Source: a virus
Strand: one strand, 5' to 3'
Length of the DNA: 28,502 nucleotides
Virus record (IMG/VR): IMGVR_UViG_3300025174_000089
Shown piece after piece: positions 17,999 through 23,440 of the stretch (the stretch's first letter is position 1; each line of letters starts with the position of its first letter). The notes below the pieces were generated by a model that did not search any database, had not been told where the DNA came from, and saw nothing but the letters and a program-made list of their open reading frames with translations. The translations under genes were made by a program, and so were the position numbers.

Positions 17999-18193
17999 TT
18001 AATTTCCAACCAGATGAATCTGTGGTATCTTTTTGGTATCAAACAGCTTCATCAAGAATACTGCATCTAAAACCTCACAAACAAGCCATTTCGTGTCACA
18101 ACCGGGACAATGCAATGCAACCTCGGCTTTCTGACTACCAACATACAGGTTTTCTAGTGCCTTAGAACACTCAGGACATTCAAGAGTTGTCAT
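17999..18193 (-). CDS. Small zinc-ribbon protein (64 aa)
   Basis: CPEC and CPGC pairs; start MTTLE after AGGAG. Confidence 0.65.
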   Translation of the reverse strand: MTTLECPECSKALENLYVGSQKAEVALHCPGCDTKWLVCEVLDAVFLMKLFDTKKIPQIHLVGN

Positions 18194-18194
18194 G

Positions 18195-18401
18195 CTATCT
18201 CCTAAATTTCTCTCCTTGGTACACGGCCTCTTCTGGCTTTGCCAATACTGGCCCATCTTCTACAATCTGGAACTCGGTAGCACCAAACTTGTCCTGTATC
18301 TGCTTCAAAACGTCCTGGTTATAAGCACTTTCTGGGTGTAAATAGAAGTTTCTCCAACCAGTAGGAGTCTTGAATCTAATATGAACGAAGGGCCTACTCA
18401 T
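18195..18401 (-). CDS. Hypothetical protein (68 aa)
   Basis: ATG at 18401 overlaps the upstream stop; tiled. Confidence 0.6.
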   Translation of the reverse strand: MSRPFVHIRFKTPTGWRNFYLHPESAYNQDVLKQIQDKFGATEFQIVEDGPVLAKPEEAVYQGEKFRR

Positions 18402-18594
18402 CACTGCCACAAATTCCCGTTCCAGAACCCATTAACTTTCCAGTATTTCGATACCACTGCCAATCTCTAGGACCGATATATAAGTAAACATATTCTGATG
18501 TAACAACCACTTTAACTTTACATGGATTTGATAACTTCAATTGACCCAGAATTAAATCTCCACCTTGTATTTCATAAACCTGTTGATCGCTCAT
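18394..18594 (-). CDS. Hypothetical protein (66 aa, MSDQQVYEI...)
   Basis: ATGA-type overlap with the upstream gene; GGAG RBS. Confidence 0.6.
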   Translation of the reverse strand: MSDQQVYEIQGGDLILGQLKLSNPCKVKVVVTSEYVYLYIGPRDWQWYRNTGKLMGSGTGICGSDE

Positions 18595-18794
18595 AACTCT
18601 TTCTCCGTTTCGTAATCTAACAACTCCTGCCAATAGTTTTTCCCTTGAAACGATATTGCCGCAAACTTACGTGTATCGCCGGTGGCCGGATCGGTGCAAC
18701 AATGGCACTCAGCAGCTTCTCCAGCCTCTATTTCCTTGCCGTTTATAACCAGCGTATCCATCTCACGACTACAAAAAGGACATAAATACTTCAT
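18591..18794 (-). CDS. Small Cys-rich protein (67 aa)
   Basis: CPFC and CHCC; start MKYL after GGAGGAG. Confidence 0.6.
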   Translation of the reverse strand: MKYLCPFCSREMDTLVINGKEIEAGEAAECHCCTDPATGDTRKFAAISFQGKNYWQELLDYETEKEL

Positions 18795-18795
18795 T

Positions 18796-18966
18796 TCATG
18801 ACTCCTCCAAAATCTTTTCAACCGTATCACAACCACGAAACTTTCGTGGTCTCAGGTAATCCAATGCCAGCAAAAGCGCCATTTTTAGGTTACTAACCCA
18901 TGTATCAGGACCATCTTGCACAATAACACGATACCCCTCATAAACTTCCTCAATCTTTACCCACAC
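18796..18966 (-). CDS. Hypothetical protein (56 aa, MWVKIEEVYEGY...EKILEES), absent from the ORF track
   Basis: GTG start shares its G with the upstream TAG; GGAGGA upstream; fills the gap exactly. Confidence 0.55.
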   Translation of the reverse strand: MWVKIEEVYEGYRVIVQDGPDTWVSNLKMALLLALDYLRPRKFRGCDTVEKILEES

Positions 18967-19169
18967 TATTCTTCCTCCAAATTCGCTACCGGATTCATGC
19001 TGCCTCCTGGATTCTTACTGCCTTTCCTGACAAGCTCCTTCACAATGCCCTCCAGCTCATCTAACCTCCATTCCTCATTCTGATTATCAGTAAACTTACA
19101 GTATCTCAAGGCATTCTGCCTTTCTCTAAGCTGTTTTACCGTAAACTTCTCTAAATACTCTAGTTTCAT
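18966..19169 (-). CDS. Hypothetical protein (67 aa, MKLEYLEK...)
   Basis: ATG 1 nt after the upstream TAA; tiled. Confidence 0.6.
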   Translation of the reverse strand: MKLEYLEKFTVKQLRERQNALRYCKFTDNQNEEWRLDELEGIVKELVRKGSKNPGGSMNPVANLEEE

Positions 19170-19170
19170 G

Positions 19171-19341
19171 TTATGAACCATATTCAAATGCCCATACTAT
19201 TTTAGCTGCAATTGATTCAAGCCTTTTATAATATTGTTCTTTGTTCCCATAGTAACTTTTATCTTCTTGTTTTTCTCCAATAAGATCTATCAGTAACCTG
19301 ATTTCCGCTCTAGTGAATGTGATTTTAACTGTTTCTGCCAT
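19171..19341 (-). CDS. Hypothetical protein (56 aa, MAETVKITF...)
   Basis: AGGA RBS; tiled. Confidence 0.6.
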   Translation of the reverse strand: MAETVKITFTRAEIRLLIDLIGEKQEDKSYYGNKEQYYKRLESIAAKIVWAFEYGS

Positions 19342-19349
19342 TTTCTTTC

Positions 19350-19811
19350 CTATAGCCAAATGTGGTCATCTGGATCATCTATTTTAAAATAACCTGATTT
19401 TGGCTTTTCTTGATTAAATTCAACAAGATGCTTGTCTAAAATAACTTCATAACCCTTAAACATGGATAAGGACATTTCTTTCTGTATCATATCAACAAAT
19501 GATTTTGTTTCAGGTACAGTAAGCAATGATTCTGAAATCTTCGCTCCCAACGCATACTTTGTATATGGATATTCTAAACACTTCTGGAAATTCTGCTGCG
19601 CCCAGGCTGATTTATTCATCTCTTCCTGTGTTGGCTGATACTGTATGCATGAATATTCTAACTGCTTTTTTTGTTCATACTGTTTCCATAGTTCCAACTC
19701 TTTTTTCTTGGAGTATTCAGTGGCTTTCTCAATAAACTTCACATACTGCTCATGTGAGTCATCTGGTTCTGGTATTTCTTCTAACTCAAACAACTTTTTC
19801 CACCAGTCCAT
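19350..19811 (-). CDS. First leftward gene, hypothetical (153 aa) ending FKIDDPDDHIWL
   Basis: GAGGAGG RBS directly downstream of the leftward promoter. Confidence 0.75.
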   Translation of the reverse strand: MDWWKKLFELEEIPEPDDSHEQYVKFIEKATEYSKKKELELWKQYEQKKQLEYSCIQYQPTQEEMNKSAWAQQNFQKCLEYPYTKYALGAKISESLLTVPETKSFVDMIQKEMSLSMFKGYEVILDKHLVEFNQEKPKSGYFKIDDPDDHIWL

Positions 19812-19828
19812 GTCGCCTCCTCATTGTC

Positions 19829-19856
19829 AATATAAGCCATATGCAACATTTGTCAA
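19829..19856 (-). promoter_or_regulatory. Leftward sigma70-type promoter
   Basis: Minus strand TTGACA-16 bp-TATATT immediately before the RBS of the first leftward gene. Confidence 0.65.
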
Positions 19857-19946
19857 GTGCCTGAGCGATGTTTGGTCTGACATTTGGTGACATATATCAC
19901 CTAGTAAGAGGTGTTGTATTTTAGACACAGTTACCTTAGTAAAGAT

Positions 19947-20049
19947 AGTAAGAGAAGAGTGAGGTAGAGACACAGAGTATCTTCTTCTGAGACTTTTTAT
20001 ATCTTTGTTTCTTCTTTACAGTAAGAGAAGAGTGAGGTAGAGACACAGA
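19947..20049. repeat. Two exact 30-bp direct repeats AGTAAGAGAAGAGTGAGGTAGAGACACAGA (19947-19976, 20020-20049)
   Basis: Read directly from the sequence; separated by a 43-bp pyrimidine-rich spacer. Confidence 0.95.
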
Positions 20050-20063
20050 ACTAAGAGTCTTTA

Positions 20064-20190
20064 CTAGGATACGACCGAGCAGCCCGCGTTACGCAGTAAG
20101 CGGGTGCGAGGGCGGTAGCGCCCATTTTTCCCTATTCCCTCTTCTCGCGGGGTGGGGGAAGTTGTTAAAGTTCTGCTTGGCCGTATCTAG
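20064..20190 (+). ncRNA. Candidate structured RNA or ssDNA element (four-way junction)
   Basis: Closing stem 20068-20082 / 20173-20187 encloses three hairpins (20083-20104, 20110-20123, ~20135-20160); paired by eye. Confidence 0.45.
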
Positions 20191-20261
20191 AAATGACATA
20201 TCAGGACTAAAGAATCACAGAGAAAGCTCATGCGATGTTAGGTCATAACCCACCCCCTGGA

Positions 20262-20294
20262 GGGGGGAGGGGGGGGACGGGGGGCGCGGGGGGG
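20262..20294 (+). other. G-quadruplex-forming tract G6-A-G8-AC-G6-CGC-G7
   Basis: Four G-runs of 6-8 nt with 1-3 nt loops, read directly. Confidence 0.85.
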
Positions 20295-20300
20295 AGGCGC

Positions 20301-20438
20301 TTGTGAAAGCCTTCACAATCACAATCTCCCCTTGTGAAAGCCTTCACATGCACAAGCTGTCCTTGTGAAAGAACTCACAAGCTTAAAGACTCATACATAT
20401 GCACTTAGCCTTCCCCCAGCTTGTGAAAGATTTCACTT
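20301..20438. promoter_or_regulatory. Array of palindromic TTGTGAA-N4-TTCACAA-type operators (20301-20318, 20332-20349, 20363-20380, 20421-20438)
   Basis: TTGTGAAAGCCTTCACAA, TTGTGAAAGCCTTCACAT, TTGTGAAAGAACTCACAA, TTGTGAAAGATTTCACTT; match the Rex operator and the CRP TGTGA-N6-TCACA core; half-sites near 20452, 20593 and 20639. Confidence 0.75.
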
Positions 20439-20507
20439 TCACATCCAAACACTTCACAAGCACAAGGGTCTTCCCATTGGGCTCAGAGTTGGCACGAAAT
20501 AGCTCTT

Positions 20508-20523
20508 AGCAAGAAGCATGCCA
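20508..20523 (-). promoter_or_regulatory. Sigma54 (-24/-12) promoter, leftward
   Basis: Minus strand TGGCATGCTTCTTGCT fits TGGCAYR-N4-TTGCW with exact GG-N10-GC spacing. Confidence 0.65.
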
Positions 20524-20709
20524 GAATAAGTGTATTTCTTCCTCATTAGGGGTATTCAACAACTGACACAATGAGACCAAGTCTCACACTGCTTGTGACG
20601 AATGGTACTTGATAGACACCAATAGACTTACAGTACGCTTGTGAAAGAAAGGAACAGAGACACAGAGTCTCAATTACTAACTGTAACAAGACAAAGTACT
20701 TGACTGCTA

Positions 20710-20738
20710 TTGACAAGTCTTGGTTCCAGACCGATACT
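20710..20738 (+). promoter_or_regulatory. Rightward sigma70-type promoter
   Basis: TTGACA-17 bp-GATACT about 23 bp before the ATG at 20762, with an AGGGG/AAGG RBS. Confidence 0.65.
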
Positions 20739-20761
20739 AGCCTCAACAGGGGAAAGGCACC

Positions 20762-21232
20762 ATGACGCGCACATATTGGACAGACAAACTCGTTGCAATG
20801 AACGCCTGCCTCGAGGCCGTCGAGTGGGGGCGAGACTATCCATCCCTGGCAGCGGCCTGGAAAGTCTGCAAGCGAGCCGACTGGATGCTATGGCTTGCAG
20901 GCAAGCTGTGCCGCACGATGCCTCAACGAAAGAAACTGACGCTTGCTGCATGCGCGTGCGCAAGAACCGCACTTAAGTATGTGCCGAAGGGCGACAAGCG
21001 CCCATTGGTGGCAATCCAAACAGCAGAACGGTGGGCGCGCGGAGTTCCGGGCGTCACGCTGGAAAATGTGGCGACCGCAGGGGCCGCAGAGGCCGCAAAG
21101 GCCGCAAGGGCCGCATGGGACGCCGCAGGGGACGCAGGGGTCGCCGCAAGGAACGCTGCAAGGCTCAGGGCACTCGAGTTCATGAGCAACATCGTTAGGA
21201 GGCATTATCCAAGAGCCCCACGACTAAGCTAA
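20762..21232 (+). CDS. Imm5-like (putative immunity-domain) phage protein
   Basis: ACLEAVEW...AWKVCKRADWMLWL...LAACACAR...DKRPLVAIQTAERWARG followed by an Ala-rich AAxAAR stretch, the usual pattern of this phage family. Confidence 0.65.
   Translation: MTRTYWTDKLVAMNACLEAVEWGRDYPSLAAAWKVCKRADWMLWLAGKLCRTMPQRKKLTLAACACARTALKYVPKGDKRPLVAIQTAERWARGVPGVTLENVATAGAAEAAKAARAAWDAAGDAGVAARNAARLRALEFMSNIVRRHYPRAPRLS
21074..21163 (+). repeat. In-frame tandem 9/12-bp GCCGCAnnn repeats encoding the Ala-rich segment
   Basis: accgcaggg gccgcagag gccgcaaag gccgcaagg gccgcatgg gac gccgcaggg gacgcaggg gtc gccgcaagg aac gctgcaagg. Confidence 0.85.
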
Positions 21233-21309
21233 GGGGAGAAAGGGAAACAGGAGCAGCACCGAAAAGGACACGGACCTGAATTCAACCGTGAGAAAGGAGA
21301 AAAGCTAAC

Positions 21310-21783
21310 ATGCAGGTACTCCAAGGTATCAAGGTAGATGTGACTGGGACTCGTGGTATCCGTAAGACGGCCAGCCTTGCCGATGATGTCGTGGTCCTGG
21401 CAAACCCCAAGGGGAAGAGTTTCACCATTGCCGTTCGTGACCGGATTTGGTTTTCGGTCGCGGATGGTGATGCGCCTCGGTACGAGATGGCAGGACTGAC
21501 TCCGGCCGCGCAGAAAGAACAGAAGTGCGGCCCGGTGGTGGTCCTGTTCTCGATGCCGGAGCCGATGGGGTTTGGTGCCGTCAGAACGTACCAGGGGAAA
21601 CGTGGAGCGGACAGGGCGGAGGCCCCTTATCGCTCCTTCCGCATTCCCAAGGACTCGGAAGTGGCCAAGTATTTTCCCAACTGGCCGCAGCACGGGCTCA
21701 AGACAGCCACCTACGAAGTAACGGAGATCGAGACATCCCAGGGAATGAGAAAAGCGCTTGTGCTGACCGGATGGGCGAAGTAA
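21310..21783 (+). CDS. Hypothetical beta-rich protein (157 aa)
   Basis: AAAGGAG RBS; followed by a terminator; no recognised motif. Confidence 0.8.
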   Translation: MQVLQGIKVDVTGTRGIRKTASLADDVVVLANPKGKSFTIAVRDRIWFSVADGDAPRYEMAGLTPAAQKEQKCGPVVVLFSMPEPMGFGAVRTYQGKRGADRAEAPYRSFRIPKDSEVAKYFPNWPQHGLKTATYEVTEIETSQGMRKALVLTGWAK

Positions 21784-21798
21784 GGGCTCGTCCGGGTT

Positions 21799-21835
21799 TC
21801 TCCCAGGGGGCGAAAGCCCCTTGGGAGACTTTTGT
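21799..21835 (+). terminator. Rho-independent terminator
   Basis: TCTCCCAGGGGGC-GAAA-GCCCCTTGGGAGA 13-bp stem (one G-U) followed by CTTTTGTT. Confidence 0.85.
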
Positions 21836-21850
21836 TCTAAAAACTGAGGT

Positions 21851-21896
21851 TTGTGAAAGATTTCACATATTAAGTGAATTGTGATGTTTTTCACAA
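21851..21896. promoter_or_regulatory. Second pair of TGTGA-N6-TCACA operators (21851-21868, 21879-21896)
   Basis: TTGTGAAAGATTTCACAT and TTGTGATGTTTTTCACAA, just upstream of a promoter. Confidence 0.7.
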
Positions 21897-21907
21897 ATAA
21901 CGGGATA

Positions 21908-21936
21908 TTGATTTAGCACGGTAAGGAGGGTAAAAT
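21908..21936 (+). promoter_or_regulatory. Sigma70-type promoter for the main accessory operon
   Basis: TTGATT-17 bp-TAAAAT downstream of the terminator. Confidence 0.6.
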
Positions 21937-22156
21937 TCAGGAGGTTAGTAAGGAATGCTGAGGGTCTGCAGACCTTGGTAATAGCAATTGTTCTACGCAT
22001 GCGAAGTTAGGACAATTGCGGGGCTTAGAGCCGCTCTCAGCTAGAATGAAACACCGGACTTGGATTAAAGTTAGCGAGAGAGCTGGATAAAAACGGCCAG
22101 CGGAGCGGGGTGGGGAATCCTGCCAGCATTCCTTAGTGATCTTTTGGAGGACTTAA

Positions 22157-22369
22157 TTGCCAGCACAACAAAAAGCAAAAAGCGGTAATCGCAAGAGTCC
22201 GAGAAGCAATTATCGAAAGGCTCGCAATCTTTCTCGCTATTTGTGGTCTAGAAAATGCTCTGAGTGCGGGAAGCCGCATTTCAGATGCCGTAGTAAACAT
22301 AAGGCAATTGTTGGGATGGTTGGAGATGGAAAAGTTAAGTGGGTTCCAGAAAAAAGGAAAAGAGGATAA
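22157..22369 (+). CDS. Small basic protein with CSEC...H..C zinc-binding-like motif (70 aa)
   Basis: TTG start after GGAGGA; very Lys/Arg-rich. Confidence 0.6.
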   Translation: MPAQQKAKSGNRKSPRSNYRKARNLSRYLWSRKCSECGKPHFRCRSKHKAIVGMVGDGKVKWVPEKRKRG

Positions 22370-22370
22370 A

Positions 22371-22451
22371 ATGGACTTCTTGATTGCGGTATTGCTGCTA
22401 ATTGCAGCCTGTGCTGCGTTAGCTCCTAAAAAATCATGGGAGGATTGGTAG
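22371..22451 (+). CDS. 26-aa hydrophobic peptide MDFLIAVLLLIAACAALAPKKSWEDW
   Basis: AGAGGA RBS; fills the gap between two genes exactly; single hydrophobic segment. Confidence 0.55.
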   Translation: MDFLIAVLLLIAACAALAPKKSWEDW

Positions 22452-22452
22452 C

Positions 22453-22674
22453 ATGAAAAGGATTGTGAAAAAAAGCGCTTTCTCTACATGGCCTAAATAT
22501 CAGAGGAATCTGTACGCACTAAAAAACTATTTTATACGTTTGGGATACCAATCCCATATTGGGAAACTAGTTCCGTCAGCAAAATCGGTTTGGTCTTTCG
22601 ACTTTAAGTTTTGGCCACCATACTTGAGGGTGCATGCCGGAAGATTTCTAATAATTTTGGATGGTGAAGACTAA
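22453..22674 (+). CDS. Hypothetical protein (73 aa), WPPYL paralog 1
   Basis: GGAGGA RBS; C-terminus WSFDFKFWPPYLRVHAGRFLIILDGED. Confidence 0.7.
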   Translation: MKRIVKKSAFSTWPKYQRNLYALKNYFIRLGYQSHIGKLVPSAKSVWSFDFKFWPPYLRVHAGRFLIILDGED

Positions 22675-22727
22675 GGAATAATACATTCAGCTTTTGTGGC
22701 GTTCAGGCCCAGAAAGAGGGTAAAAGA

Positions 22728-22877
22728 ATGATCGGAAGTGCATTCGTTGGGATTATCGCTGCTGAAGTTATAGTAATCTTTGTGCTTATCGTGTTCATCC
22801 TGAAAAGCTCAAAGGAGACAAGGAATTATGAAAAACAGCTTAAGAAGATTCATCGAGACAACAGCAAGGGAAATTGA
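22728..22877 (+). CDS. 49-aa single-pass membrane protein (MIGSAFVGIIAAEVIVIFVLIVFILKSS...)
   Basis: GAGGG RBS; ~24-residue hydrophobic N-terminus then basic tail; overlaps the next ORF by 50 nt. Confidence 0.5.
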   Translation: MIGSAFVGIIAAEVIVIFVLIVFILKSSKETRNYEKQLKKIHRDNSKGN

Positions 22878-23007
22878 CTACTTAGAATCAGAATCGTCGC
22901 ACTACGTTCCTTGGAATATAGTTCTTAAGGCTGAAGAAGGAGATTTTACAGTAATGGACATCTTACGCAAATATCGACAGATGAAAGAAGAGGAGGAGAA
23001 CAACTAA
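22828..23007 (+). CDS. Hypothetical protein (59 aa, MKNSLRRFIE...EEEENN)
   Basis: AAGGAG/AAGGA RBS; stops 1 nt before the next start. Confidence 0.55.
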   Translation: MKNSLRRFIETTAREIDYLESESSHYVPWNIVLKAEEGDFTVMDILRKYRQMKEEEENN

Positions 23008-23008
23008 A

Positions 23009-23206
23009 ATGCGATTTCGACTTTGTTGGTGGGACAGTGAAGAACCCTACGGTTTGCTAATTGGAAACTATAAATATACCTTCCATTTTGGAAGAGTATT
23101 TAATGAAATTCCTCCCATATGGTCGTTTACAATTAGGCTGTGGCCACCTTATCTTTCTATTTATCTAGGGAGGCCGTTTATGGTTTTTGATAGATGGGAG
23201 GATTAA
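23009..23206 (+). CDS. Hypothetical protein (65 aa), WPPYL paralog 2
   Basis: GAGGAGG RBS; C-terminus WSFTIRLWPPYLSIYLGRPFMVFDRWED. Confidence 0.7.
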   Translation: MRFRLCWWDSEEPYGLLIGNYKYTFHFGRVFNEIPPIWSFTIRLWPPYLSIYLGRPFMVFDRWED

Positions 23207-23440
23207 ATGCCAATACCGCCAAAAGTATTAGCAGATAAGTATGCCGATTTGCAAAACAGATTGGCCGAGATTAGAATTGAGGAAAATGAATTGCACTGGG
23301 CACATTTAACGGGAGAAAATAAAGATTTTCTTCACCAGAATCTCAAATTGTTGTGTGAGGCTCTTGAAGTTGCTCGTGCCCAGCTTGGCTGGTGTGAATT
23401 TTACTTTAATCAGCTTGCCGCGAATGGGAAATCTGAATGA
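23207..23440 (+). CDS. Small coiled-coil protein (77 aa)
   Basis: GGAGGA RBS; heptad pattern; ATGA overlap with the next gene. Confidence 0.65.
   Translation: MPIPPKVLADKYADLQNRLAEIRIEENELHWAHLTGENKDFLHQNLKLLCEALEVARAQLGWCEFYFNQLAANGKSE

Noticed and set aside
19947-20049. CRISPR mini-array (30-bp repeat, 43-bp spacer)
   Set aside because: Only two repeats; no GTT start, no GAAAC/ATTGAAAN-type end and no internal palindrome on either strand; the spacer is low-complexity. Kept only as a direct repeat
20490-20504. Rightward sigma54 promoter TGGCACGAAATAGCT
   Set aside because: GG-to-GC spacing is 9 nt rather than the required 10, and the TTGC element is absent
19812-20761. Lambda-like cI/cro switch or replication initiator gene in the central gap
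   Set aside because: No credible ORF or HTH gene in or next to the gap; the long ORFs listed there lack RBSs and cross regulatory motifs
21229-21894. 221-aa minus-strand ORF
   Set aside because: Antisense to a gene with clear RBS and terminator, and runs through the operator boxes; likely a GC-rich shadow ORF
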